Shown piece after piece: positions 46,249 through 54,921 of a stretch of DNA of 64,000 bases (positions are counted from its first letter, which is position 1; each line of letters begins with the position of its first letter). The stretch is from IMG/VR virus record IMGVR_UViG_3300047445_000186, positions 124,001-188,000 of that record. One strand, 5' to 3'. Made by a program: the position numbers and the translations under genes. The notes beneath the pieces are model-generated. The model had not been told where the DNA came from, made no database searches, and worked only from the letters and a program-made list of their open reading frames with translations.

Positions 46249-46324
46249 GGGTGTATGGCGTAAAGGTTAGCGCATCGGGCTTTTAACCCGTAAGGTCAGA
46301 GTTCGACTCTCTGTGCACCCACCA
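46249..46324 (+). tRNA. tRNA-Lys(TTT)
   Basis: CGGG-CTTTTAA-CCCG, CCA. Confidence 0.9.
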
Positions 46325-46329
46325 ATCTG

Positions 46330-46362
46330 AAGGCCTGCTCGAGAAATCGCGCGGGCTTTTTT
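46330..46362 (+). terminator. Terminator closing tRNA array
   Basis: AGGCCTGC...GCGGGCTT + T tract. Confidence 0.75.
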
Positions 46363-46410
46363 CGTTACATCAACGCGGTGATGTTACAACTCGGGTTGTA
46401 CAATGCAATC

Positions 46411-47256
46411 ATGAAACACGTACTCACCGCCCTTCTGATCGCTGCCTCGCAGTCCGCGTTCGCTGGATTCTTCAGCGACAGCTTCGACATCGAGCTACAG
46501 AACATCCTCACGGTCCGAAAGGATTCCGTGACGGTCGAGCTGCACGCGCCAAAGAAGCAGCTGCAGTCGAAACCTGCCGTGATCTTCATGGGCGGATGCG
46601 ACGGCTCGGTCTCGGACGGTGCGAAGGTCGTGATCAAGAGCCTCGTCGATCGAGGTGTTCTCGTGGCCGAGCTGAAGTCGCTCAGAATCTGGGGCCGCAG
46701 CGCGAACGCCTGCACCGGTGAAAAGGGCGCCCTTGAAGGTTGGCAGCGAGCGGAGGAAGCGTACCGAGCCCGTGATGAACTCGTGAAGCGAGGATTGGCG
46801 AACGAGGAGAACGTCGGCCTGGTCGGTTTTTCACATGGTGGATGGGCGATCTCGTACGCAGTGTTCCTGAACTCGACGGTCACGTACGAGACGAAGAACT
46901 TCAAGCCCTTCAAGGCGGCCGTGGCGTTCTACCCATGGTGCCAAGAGGACTCGCTCTCGCACGATCTGCGAACTCCGACCCTGATGCTGATCGGCGCGAA
47001 GGACACGTGGACTCCGCTCGATCGCTGCACGAGACTCGAAGAACGTGCAAAGAAGGCTGGCACGCATGATCAACCGCTCGAGCTGGTCGTGTACGAGAAT
47101 GCATCGCACTCGTACGACAACGACAAGCCGCGGCGATCCGCTCCGACTGGCAAGGGTTTCGCTGACCTCTGGTACGACAAGGAAGCGACTGACGACTCGC
47201 TCGCCAGGACGATGGCCTGGTTCGAGAAGTACATGGAGCTCGGGTCGGACCTCTAA
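46411..47256 (+). CDS. Exported dienelactone hydrolase-family alpha/beta hydrolase
   Basis: Signal peptide; GFSHGG, AFYPWC, LIGAKDTW, YENASHSYD. Confidence 0.85.
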   Translation: MKHVLTALLIAASQSAFAGFFSDSFDIELQNILTVRKDSVTVELHAPKKQLQSKPAVIFMGGCDGSVSDGAKVVIKSLVDRGVLVAELKSLRIWGRSANACTGEKGALEGWQRAEEAYRARDELVKRGLANEENVGLVGFSHGGWAISYAVFLNSTVTYETKNFKPFKAAVAFYPWCQEDSLSHDLRTPTLMLIGAKDTWTPLDRCTRLEERAKKAGTHDQPLELVVYENASHSYDNDKPRRSAPTGKGFADLWYDKEATDDSLARTMAWFEKYMELGSDL

Positions 47257-47311
47257 TCCGTAACCTGAATTCGCAGTCTACCCCGGCTTTGTCCGGGGTA
47301 GAATCGTTTCC

Positions 47312-47422
47312 ATGAACACCATCAAACGCGTGATCTTCAACCCGTGGTTCATTGCGCTGTCCGAAGCAGCCGCATGGGCCATCATCGTAGTTTGTCTCTT
47401 CCTGGGAACCGCTGCCAAATGA
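47312..47422 (+). CDS. Small membrane peptide (36 aa)
   Basis: TAGAAT-N7-ATG; ATGA-coupled to next gene. Confidence 0.5.
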   Translation: MNTIKRVIFNPWFIALSEAAAWAIIVVCLFLGTAAK

Positions 47423-48180
47423 CCACGCAAACCATCACCCCACCGTCGCCGCTCTTCCTTCTGTCTGAAGGTCGATCACTTTTCGAGGGTGCGCTCGCCG
47501 TTCTCCTCACTCCTGCGCTCTTGGCTGCGGCTCCGAAGGGTGATGGACATTCCGTGTTCTTCATGCCTGGTCTCGGTGCGAACGACCCGACCACGAAGCC
47601 AGCCCGTCTGTTCTTCGATCGACTCGGGTACAACACGAATGGTTGGGGCCAAGGACTGAACTGCGGACCACGACGTGGTGTTCTGGAGACCATGGCCGAG
47701 GACATTGATAGGCTGTACGACGAGACCGGTCCGGTGTCCCTGGTGGGCCACAGCCTCGGTGGTGCGTACGCTCGATATCTGTCCGGTGTTCGACCAACGA
47801 AGATCCGTGGTTGCTACTCGCTCGGCTCGCCTTTCGCTGGTGATCTTGCGCATGCCACGAACGCGTCGCAGGTGTACGAGCTCTTGAGCGGCACGACTGT
47901 CCATGACAGCGAGCTCTTGAATGCGATCGCTGCGACTCCATCCGTTCCAACAACCTCGTTCTTCAGCCGCACCGACGGAGTCGTGGCTTGGCGCTCGAGT
48001 CTGCAAGTCGAAGGTCCGCAGTCCGAGTCGATCGAAGTCCGTGGCTCGCATATCGGCTTGGTCACGAATGCGTCTGTTTGGTACGCGTTGGCCGATCGTC
48101 TTGCTCAACCGCAAGGTCAGTGGGAACCGTTCGATCGTCCGACAGGTTCGGGTTTCCTTTATCCGAATCCGGCACGATGA
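47419..48180 (+). CDS. Alpha/beta hydrolase (lipase/esterase-like)
   Basis: LVGHSLGG, SLGSP, DGVV, SHIGL. Confidence 0.88.
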   Translation: MTTQTITPPSPLFLLSEGRSLFEGALAVLLTPALLAAAPKGDGHSVFFMPGLGANDPTTKPARLFFDRLGYNTNGWGQGLNCGPRRGVLETMAEDIDRLYDETGPVSLVGHSLGGAYARYLSGVRPTKIRGCYSLGSPFAGDLAHATNASQVYELLSGTTVHDSELLNAIAATPSVPTTSFFSRTDGVVAWRSSLQVEGPQSESIEVRGSHIGLVTNASVWYALADRLAQPQGQWEPFDRPTGSGFLYPNPAR

Positions 48181-48444
48181 AATTTCGCGCGATTTTTCTC
48201 ACAAAAATTTCCCACGACGAAAAAAACCGCATGGCGGGAATTCGTTGGGGAATTCACGACGGCAAGAAGTTCCTTCGGTTCGACTTCTGGACCACGAGCT
48301 TTCGAATTACGGGGATGCGATGAAGACAGTGAAAGACATTTTGTTCGTGGCGGCCATGATCCTCTGCATCAGCGGAGTTCTTTACCTGCGGCAGATCTGG
48401 TAGGATGAACTCTCTGTAAATAGTGCATCATTTACGGAGCCGTC

Positions 48445-49602
48445 ATGGAACTTACCAAACTCAAGCAGCTGGCCGAATCTCGCCAGTCCGATTTCAAGTA
48501 CACCGAAAAGCACGTCAAGGGCGCGCTCTCGAAGGTTATCCTCGAGCTGGAAGGTTCGAGCTCCGGTGCGATGTCGCGCTTGATGACTCGTTATCAGCGC
48601 CTCGATCGCTCCGCTAAGCTCCTCGCTGAAAAGCGGAACGAAGTGAACGCGCAAGTCAAGGACGTTGCTGACCGTCTGTTCGATGCCGAAGACGCAGTTG
48701 CTACTCGAATCATCGAGACAATCTCGTACACCGTGATGCTCACGAAGTCCGAGAAGGCTGCTGACAAGGAAGACAAGAAGAAGATCGATTACGAGTCCGC
48801 GTTCGGCGAACTCTCGCGTCTGGTCCCTGATCTCGAAGCTGCCGTGAAGAAGATTATCGAGAAGCACACGGAAATCATTCCAGCGAAGGATACTCCTACC
48901 GCTCTGCGCGTCACATCGAAGATCGCTGAATCCGTTGCTGGAACGATCCTCACGAAGATCAAGAGCTTCGTGACCTCGATCAAGGAATGGGCAACTGGAT
49001 ACGACTCGAAGCTTTCAGCTCTGAAGAAGAAGTTCCCAGTTGGTAAGGTTGTTGCTGAAGCGACCTCGAAGGCATTCGTAAAGAAGACCGACACAGGCGT
49101 GCCATCGACTGCAAAGCAACAGCGCATTGCACGTGACTACTTCGACAAGAAGTTCCCAGACTACGAGCTCCCACTCACGGTCAAGAACGGTCCAGACGGC
49201 TCGAAGTACTTCGCAACGACTGCTTCGACTGACGACTGGGTGACCTCGAAATCCGGCTGCTGCCGCGTAGCCGCTGATGGTACAATCACTGGTGTGACAC
49301 TGAACGCGTTCATGAATCTTCCAACTGCTACCGAAGGAAAGCTGACTGAAGCGGTCGGTTCGAAGAACGTGAAGGAAATTCTGCGTGGTGTGAAGTGGCA
49401 TCAGACAGATAACGACTGGCACTCGGCGAAGAGTGTTGCGCGCGAGATCTTCAAGCAACTCGACGATTCGGATATCGACGTGATGCTCGCTCTGCGAAAT
49501 GCTGCTGAAGTCCAGCGCAAGAAGAATTCGTTCCTCGGCGCTGCTCTGGCTGAACTCGCCAAGGACCAAGCTGAAAAGCTTGGCACCACGAACCGCGACT
49601 AA
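48445..49602 (+). CDS. Late multi-domain protein, candidate head-internal
   Basis: TAAATA 48417; MELTKLKQLAES; internal IAES/VAEA/LTEA sites. Confidence 0.7.
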   Translation: MELTKLKQLAESRQSDFKYTEKHVKGALSKVILELEGSSSGAMSRLMTRYQRLDRSAKLLAEKRNEVNAQVKDVADRLFDAEDAVATRIIETISYTVMLTKSEKAADKEDKKKIDYESAFGELSRLVPDLEAAVKKIIEKHTEIIPAKDTPTALRVTSKIAESVAGTILTKIKSFVTSIKEWATGYDSKLSALKKKFPVGKVVAEATSKAFVKKTDTGVPSTAKQQRIARDYFDKKFPDYELPLTVKNGPDGSKYFATTASTDDWVTSKSGCCRVAADGTITGVTLNAFMNLPTATEGKLTEAVGSKNVKEILRGVKWHQTDNDWHSAKSVAREIFKQLDDSDIDVMLALRNAAEVQRKKNSFLGAALAELAKDQAEKLGTTNRD

Positions 49603-49610
49603 AGATACAT

Positions 49611-49687
49611 GCCTCTGTAGCACAACTGGATAGTGCAGCCCTCTTCTAAAGGGTCCGTTGTAGGTTCAAATCCTATCAGAGGTACCA
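49611..49687 (+). tRNA. tRNA-Arg(TCT), orphan
   Basis: GCCCT-CTTCTAA-AGGGT, CCA. Confidence 0.9.
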
Positions 49688-49692
49688 AACTC

Positions 49693-49728
49693 CTGGCCCT
49701 GTGCAAGAACACAGGGCCAGTTTTGTTT
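49693..49728 (+). terminator. Rho-independent terminator
   Basis: CTGGCCCTGTG...ACAGGGCCAG + TTTTGTTT. Confidence 0.8.
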
Positions 49729-49860
49729 CCGGGGTCCGTTACAACTGCAGTCCGCTGCTTGTCAAGCGTTACATTTGAAATGTGTACAACCATCGCGGTG
49801 GGGATACTATTCAACTGTCAACTTCGACAAACAACCTGTGAACTTAGTTAGGAGATTCTC

Positions 49861-50232
49861 ATGACCGCAGCACAAACCGCCGTTTCCACCCCCGCCCGTC
49901 ATCTGACCGTCGTGTCCAGCGGCAAGGCCCCGAAGGCCAAGGTCGCGAAGACCACGAAGGCCAAGAAGCCCGCCGTCGCCAAGGTCCGCGCCCCGGCCAA
50001 GGAGCTGATGGCCGCTCGCCGCCGGATGTTCTTCGGTGCCTCGTACATGAACGGTGTCCTGGGTGGTTTCCACCGCGACGTCGCCAAGATGGTCCAGCAC
50101 GCCGCCCACCTGAAGCTCGGCTCGCCGTCGCAGCTGAAGGCGCTCAAGGTCGAGACCCTGCGCGAGAAGCTGGCCGACGCCATCCTGTCCACCCCGAACG
50201 GCTCGGAACCGTTCTCGATCAAGCTGCAGTAA
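49861..50232 (+). CDS. Lys/Ala-rich basic protein (histone-H1-like N-terminal segment)
   Basis: KAPKAKVAKTTKAKKPAVAK; SD AGGAG; strong GC3 bias. Confidence 0.7.
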   Translation: MTAAQTAVSTPARHLTVVSSGKAPKAKVAKTTKAKKPAVAKVRAPAKELMAARRRMFFGASYMNGVLGGFHRDVAKMVQHAAHLKLGSPSQLKALKVETLREKLADAILSTPNGSEPFSIKLQ

Positions 50233-50418
50233 TCTCTGCACGCCGATCCACCCTCTCGCCCGCGGCTCATCATCGCGGGCGAGACTGTTTCTGCACGCTA
50301 TCTGTCACCTAATGCCTGTAATCTCGCGCCTCTCAGGTGTCTTTTGACATGTCTGGTCGTGCGCAGGGGGATGTCGCCGCTAAATAGACTATCATAAGAA
50401 TCATCCAGATCCAACACA

Positions 50419-50637
50419 ATGAGCGCCCCCGCCATGAACCACGACCACGAGCTTTTGAAGGCAGTTCTCGACTGGATTGCAGCCAGTCTGACTGTAGCAG
50501 CCTTCGTTTCATGGCTTCCACCTATCGTGACTTTGCTCACAGGAATTTGGACAGTGACACGCCTGTACGAGGCAATCACTGGGAAGCTGTTCAGCAACAC
50601 GCGTATCGCAAAGTGGCTGACTGGACGTAAGCACTGA
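50419..50637 (+). CDS. Holin-like small membrane protein
   Basis: Hydrophobic segments, WLPP..LLT.IW..RLYE; TAAATA 50381. Confidence 0.55.
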   Translation: MSAPAMNHDHELLKAVLDWIAASLTVAAFVSWLPPIVTLLTGIWTVTRLYEAITGKLFSNTRIAKWLTGRKH

Positions 50638-50698
50638 GGATCGTTACAGGATCATCCTGAATTTGGTGTATAATTCACCAACACTTCTGGAGATCCTC

Positions 50699-51106
50699 AT
50701 GATTCAACTCGGTCAAATCCAACAGAACTTCGACGTCCTGCTCTCGAACGAAATCCGCGCAGTGATCAGCGTCTCCCCGTACGGCACGGGGAACATCGCC
50801 CGTCTGTCGAGCACCTTCCCCGAAGGTCCGCGCGCAGTGATCGACAAGGACACCGAGATGCTCGACATCTTCAGCTTCCTCGAGACGTACCGCCGTGAAA
50901 AGGTCGTGATCATCGATGGTGTCGACAAGGCTTCTCCCGAGGTGATCGCCCTGCTGAAAGGCGCGATCGACGGGGCAATCATGTACAACACGCTCCAGGT
51001 GCACCGGAAGTTCGACTTCAAGGCCGCGGTCGTGATGGCCGCGACCGACATCGAGAACGTGGACAAGGCGCTGATCCGCCGCTCGCTGGTCTGCATGCCG
51101 CGCTGA
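50699..51106 (+). CDS. Degenerate AAA+/P-loop-like protein
   Basis: SPYGTG, VVIIDGVD, ALIRR; SD GGAG. Confidence 0.5.
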   Translation: MIQLGQIQQNFDVLLSNEIRAVISVSPYGTGNIARLSSTFPEGPRAVIDKDTEMLDIFSFLETYRREKVVIIDGVDKASPEVIALLKGAIDGAIMYNTLQVHRKFDFKAAVVMAATDIENVDKALIRRSLVCMPR

Positions 51107-51127
51107 TCCAGCGAGCTCCATGAACAC

Positions 51128-51197
51128 GGGACCTTAGGGTCCCTTTCTTTTGCTCGGCTCACCGAGAACGCACGAGGGACCTTAGGGTCCCTTTCTT
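51128..51197 (+). repeat. Two copies of 22-bp hairpin GGGACCTTAGGGTCCCTTTCTT (tandem terminators)
   Basis: Copies at 51128-51149 and 51176-51197. Confidence 0.85.
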
Positions 51198-51286
51198 GTT
51201 TAGACATACAGCCACTGTCTCCGTGGTGCTCTCGTGCGGCCTGTGTAAATACAGGGCAGCACGTGCTGCGTTATCTGGAGTTCCCT

Positions 51287-51400
51287 ATGTTTGATTTGGT
51301 TGCTGGTATCGCAATTGGTACCGCGTTCGCCCCGTTCTGGATTATGGTCTGGAACTTCGCTAAGGCGAAGTACGTCGCTCGCGTGGCCGCTAAGAAGTAA
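51287..51400 (+). CDS. Small late membrane peptide (37 aa)
   Basis: TAAATA 51246, SD GGAG; MFDLVAGIAIGTAFAPFWIMVW... Confidence 0.55.
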   Translation: MFDLVAGIAIGTAFAPFWIMVWNFAKAKYVARVAAKK

Positions 51401-51403
51401 ACA

Positions 51404-51910
51404 ATGAAACTGTTCGAGCTTCAAGACCAAACGTTCGGCGTTCCTCGACTGTCGTGGAACAGCTCGCCAGACATCGGTTGGTGGCGTGACGGAAAGGTTC
51501 TCCGCGGCTACCACGGCTCGAACATGAAGTACCTGGAGTCGTTCGCCAAGGACGGTCTGAATCGAAAAGATTCAAGCACTGGCATGATTTCACTTGCTTA
51601 CGAACCATTCACTGCCCGCGCATTCGCTGCGATGGGTGGTGAAGCAGAATTCAGAAAGGCCGGCGCGAAAGCGAAGACCATTCCTGAAAACGAACGCATC
51701 ACTCTTGTTTTTGATATTCCACAATCGTTTGTTCAAAAGTACGAAGACCCAAACCTCCGAGGCAATGACCCAACCCACCTTGCACGTTTGAGAAACAAGG
51801 AAGAGTACGAAGCATGGACAGGTACGGACCAACAGTACTACCAACTCTGCGAGCTTCGTGTCTCGTCAGAAGTCCCCGCAAAGTACCTCGTAGGATACAT
51901 GATTAAGTAA
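51404..51910 (+). CDS. ADP-ribosyltransferase-fold protein (ART/KptA-like)
   Basis: GYHGS...GL...ISLA...A.AFA...ELRV...VP..YL; MKLFEL N-terminus. Confidence 0.6.
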   Translation: MKLFELQDQTFGVPRLSWNSSPDIGWWRDGKVLRGYHGSNMKYLESFAKDGLNRKDSSTGMISLAYEPFTARAFAAMGGEAEFRKAGAKAKTIPENERITLVFDIPQSFVQKYEDPNLRGNDPTHLARLRNKEEYEAWTGTDQQYYQLCELRVSSEVPAKYLVGYMIK

Positions 51911-52043
51911 GCAGAAGGACCTGGTCGATGATCATGGAGAAGGCTTGCTGCAAGACCTAAATACTTTTTAGATCTTTCTCAACCTGAGTACGGGAGCGGT
52001 TCTTACGGATCGCTCCCGTTTTCGCACATATAATCAGATACAA

Positions 52044-52493
52044 ATGGACACACAAGAAGAACAGTACGAAAAGGCCGCGCGAGCTGGGCTGATTCCGTAC
52101 ATCCGAGACGACGCAGGCACACCGCACTATCTGATGATGGTTGCATCGAATCCGGTGTATGGTGGCCCGCGACCGATGATCAGCAAGGGCAAAATCGAAG
52201 ACGGCGAGAACACTTTCGAGTGCGCAGTTCGTGAAGCCGAAGAAGAGCTTGGGCTTGTTCAGCAGAATATGCAGAGCACCCCGTTCCTCTTGGCCGATGA
52301 GCACGTCACGCTTCGATCGGGTGCGTATCAGTTGACCGTTTACGCCGTTCAGATCTATGATCGGTGGAACTTCGACAAATGGTGCGATGAGACCGAGTAC
52401 ACGGCATGGTTCTCGCTGGAGGAATTCCGTGAAAAGGGACGTAGAGACCACATCCAGTATGTGGAGAGACTTGAAGCGATTTTGAGATCGTAG
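52044..52493 (+). CDS. NUDIX hydrolase
   Basis: KGKIEDGENTFECAVREAEEELG. Confidence 0.9.
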   Translation: MDTQEEQYEKAARAGLIPYIRDDAGTPHYLMMVASNPVYGGPRPMISKGKIEDGENTFECAVREAEEELGLVQQNMQSTPFLLADEHVTLRSGAYQLTVYAVQIYDRWNFDKWCDETEYTAWFSLEEFREKGRRDHIQYVERLEAILRS

Positions 52494-52521
52494 AAAGAGA
52501 AAGTAGTTCAGGAGAATAAAA

Positions 52522-53118
52522 ATGGCTGGCCATAGAATTTTGAAGTTGGATGTTCAGGGTACCCCTGACAAGTGGATTGATTACGAACAAGCGATTACGT
52601 ACCATGCCAAGGGCCTGGTGGCGTGGCAGCTCGGCGATGAAAATCACACACGCTTCCGTGGCGGTGAAAACCGAATCACAGGCCAGATTTCGCAAATCTC
52701 CTCAGCTCCAATCATTGCTGTGCGCGGCGAAGGCGCTGGAAAGCGCGCGAATCGCGTCCCAACTCTGACGAACCCAGAGCTGTTCGCCCGTGATCGTCAC
52801 ACTTGCGCGTACTGCGGACGCACGTTCTCTGAACATCGTCTGACTCGTGACCACATCATCCCGGTCTCCCGCGGTGGTAAGGACATCTGGACGAACGTCG
52901 TGACTGCTTGCGATTACGACAATCACAAGAAGGACGATCACTTGCTGCAGGAAATCGGCATGGAATTGCTGTACGTTCCGTACACGCCGAATCGCGCTGA
53001 GTCGCTGATCTTGAAGGGTCGTAAGATCCTCCCTGTTCAGGCCGAGTACTTGGCACAGTTCATTCCAGAATCGAGCCGAGCGCATTCGATCCTGAACGAG
53101 TTGATGAACGTTCACTAA
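52522..53118 (+). CDS. HNH endonuclease (McrA-like)
   Basis: RDRHTCAYCG..TRDHIIPVSRGG..WTNVVTAC..NHKK. Confidence 0.9.
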   Translation: MAGHRILKLDVQGTPDKWIDYEQAITYHAKGLVAWQLGDENHTRFRGGENRITGQISQISSAPIIAVRGEGAGKRANRVPTLTNPELFARDRHTCAYCGRTFSEHRLTRDHIIPVSRGGKDIWTNVVTACDYDNHKKDDHLLQEIGMELLYVPYTPNRAESLILKGRKILPVQAEYLAQFIPESSRAHSILNELMNVH

Positions 53119-53122
53119 GGAC

Positions 53123-53156
53123 AAAGGGCTGAGATAAATACGTCTCAGCCCTTTTT
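53123..53156 (+). terminator. Terminator hairpin overlapping a TAAATA late-promoter core
   Basis: AAAGGGCTGAGA-TAAATACG-TCTCAGCCCTTT-TT. Confidence 0.75.
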
Positions 53157-53160
53157 ACTT

Positions 53161-53817
53161 ATGCACATCAATCCTGACACCGCTGTCGTCGAGCTTGGCG
53201 ACGTTCCTCTCGATGAGATCGAGCGAGTTCTTGGCGTGATTGAAACCGACTTCGCCGAGAAGTGGGTCTTCCGCGGTTCGAAGCTCATGAATCAGTCTCG
53301 CGTCTTGAAGGCACGGACGATTTCCGAGTTTGATCTTCTTGCGAAGGAAGATGCTGACGCTCTGTTCGAATTGCTCGAGCCGATGACGCGCCCGTACATG
53401 GGGAAGGACGACAAGCTCGTCTATCTCGATGTCTCGTCGCTTCCGAATTCAGCCGCCTCTGCGCTGCACGTCGATTACCTGTGGATGCAGGCCGTCGCTC
53501 GTCGAATCCGCATTCCAATCAAGACAAATCCGAGAGCACTGTTCGCTACAGTCGACTCGAAGAATGAAGTAACCGTGCACAACTTGAAGGTCGGAAAAGC
53601 GTACAGCACGAACAACATGATCCCGCATTCGGCTGCGAACTACGGTCCAGATCGCTGGCACGTGGTGTTCGATATCCTGACGAATGAAGAGTACGAATTC
53701 CTGACGAAGACAAATCGCATTACAGAAGCAGTGTTCAGCCCGTACGTGAACGCAGCTCTGAATCCAGTCCTGGCGCATCGCTGCCGGACTTTAATGGCTA
53801 AATATCCTGCAAATTAA
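53161..53817 (+). CDS. Asp/Asn beta-hydroxylase-like oxygenase
   Basis: LHVD..RIRIPIKTNP..PHSAANYGPDRWHVVFD. Confidence 0.72.
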   Translation: MHINPDTAVVELGDVPLDEIERVLGVIETDFAEKWVFRGSKLMNQSRVLKARTISEFDLLAKEDADALFELLEPMTRPYMGKDDKLVYLDVSSLPNSAASALHVDYLWMQAVARRIRIPIKTNPRALFATVDSKNEVTVHNLKVGKAYSTNNMIPHSAANYGPDRWHVVFDILTNEEYEFLTKTNRITEAVFSPYVNAALNPVLAHRCRTLMAKYPAN

Positions 53818-53834
53818 CTAACTCTGGTAACGAC

Positions 53835-54329
53835 ATGAAAGTCACTGAACTCCTCACAGAAAAGAAGCATTCCGGCGCTTATTACAACGCTGGCTACGAT
53901 GCAGAAAAGAAGGCCGTTGTCGGCGCTGTTAAGGATTGGGTCGAGCGAATCGGCGCTTCCCCTGAAGACCTGGCTGCTGCTTACCTGGAAGCCAAGAAGC
54001 TTCCTTCGTACAAGGCGCTGACCAAGATCGCTCCAGACATCTCGAACGCGCGCGAAGCAAAGAACGGCACATTCTCGTTCAAGCACCCATCCAAAGCCGC
54101 ACACTCTGAGGCTCCAAAGTACAACGTTCGCGCATCAGGCCAAATTCGTGGATCTGACGCAGGTTCGTACTACTCCCCAGGTACACGCCCAACGCACCGC
54201 CTGGCATCACCAAAGCCACGCCTCGTTGCTGGTAATCCAGTGAAGTCGCTCGTGCTCGTGTACGATGGCGCTTTCAAGGAACTCGTTCTGAAGGCCCAGA
54301 AGGTTATTGCCCGCGACACCGTCAAGTAA
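53835..54329 (+). CDS. Late protein, candidate head-internal
   Basis: TAAATA 53799; MKVTELLTEK. Confidence 0.68.
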   Translation: MKVTELLTEKKHSGAYYNAGYDAEKKAVVGAVKDWVERIGASPEDLAAAYLEAKKLPSYKALTKIAPDISNAREAKNGTFSFKHPSKAAHSEAPKYNVRASGQIRGSDAGSYYSPGTRPTHRLASPKPRLVAGNPVKSLVLVYDGAFKELVLKAQKVIARDTVK

Positions 54330-54375
54330 TTGAAACACTGCCGTGGCTTCGGTCACGGCAGAACATGAGTACCAC

Positions 54376-54858
54376 ATGGAATACAACGTTCGAATTGCAT
54401 CCTTCTTCTGCATTTTCGCGACCCTTGCTACGATGGCAGGCCTGACGTACTGGTACTGGTTCGATCCTCTGTACCACGTGTACACGCTAATTGCTGGTAT
54501 TCCACTCCTGTACACATTTGGCGCGATCTTCGGAGCCGTTGCCGAGCTGTTCGGCTTTGAAGCTGTTCAGCCTGAAGAAGGTGAACAGCAGGAAGAACTC
54601 TCGTACACGCCGATCGACCCAACCGAGTACGACGTGACCACATCTGAGAATATCGTCGGCACGTACAAGGGCGAGAACATCTACGAGTACCTGATGAACG
54701 GTGGCGAAAAGTTCTGGTACTACAATGTTCTGCAGGAATCTGAGTTCGAGAACTTCCACGCACCTGAAGGTTCCTCATTCCTTCTGGTCCAGCCTGGAAT
54801 CCTGTACGTCACGGCCCCGCCTGACCACGAACCTGAACCCGAAAATACTGCAGTCTGA
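54376..54858 (+). CDS. Membrane protein with acidic C-terminal domain
   Basis: Two TM helices. Confidence 0.6.
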   Translation: MEYNVRIASFFCIFATLATMAGLTYWYWFDPLYHVYTLIAGIPLLYTFGAIFGAVAELFGFEAVQPEEGEQQEELSYTPIDPTEYDVTTSENIVGTYKGENIYEYLMNGGEKFWYYNVLQESEFENFHAPEGSSFLLVQPGILYVTAPPDHEPEPENTAV

Positions 54859-54921
54859 ACTGCACCCGGCGTCATAGAATTCATTTCTCGACGCTAAATA
54901 CAAACGCTGCAGAAATGCAGC

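Larger units (their letters stand above)
2384..54900. promoter_or_regulatory. Dispersed T4-like late promoter cores TAAATA
   Basis: Instances at 2384, 6034, 12159, 19904, 22827, 25307, 27928, 27944(-), 29269(-), 29291, 31331, 38955, 43224, 48417, 50381, 51246, 53135, 53799, 54895; most are intergenic or just before gene starts. Confidence 0.75.

Noticed and set aside
43799-49687. Stop-codon reassignment or suppressor tRNAs
   Set aside because: No CTA, TTA or TCA anticodons found, and recognisable genes are intact under the standard code with TAA, TGA and TAG all used as stops
51128-51197. Two 22-bp palindromic repeats with a 26-bp spacer as a mini-CRISPR
   Set aside because: Only two copies, each a hairpin plus T tract directly after a stop codon; better explained as tandem terminators
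52522-53118. HNH as an intron-encoded homing endonuclease
   Set aside because: Free-standing with its own SD and terminator; flanking genes are not interrupted
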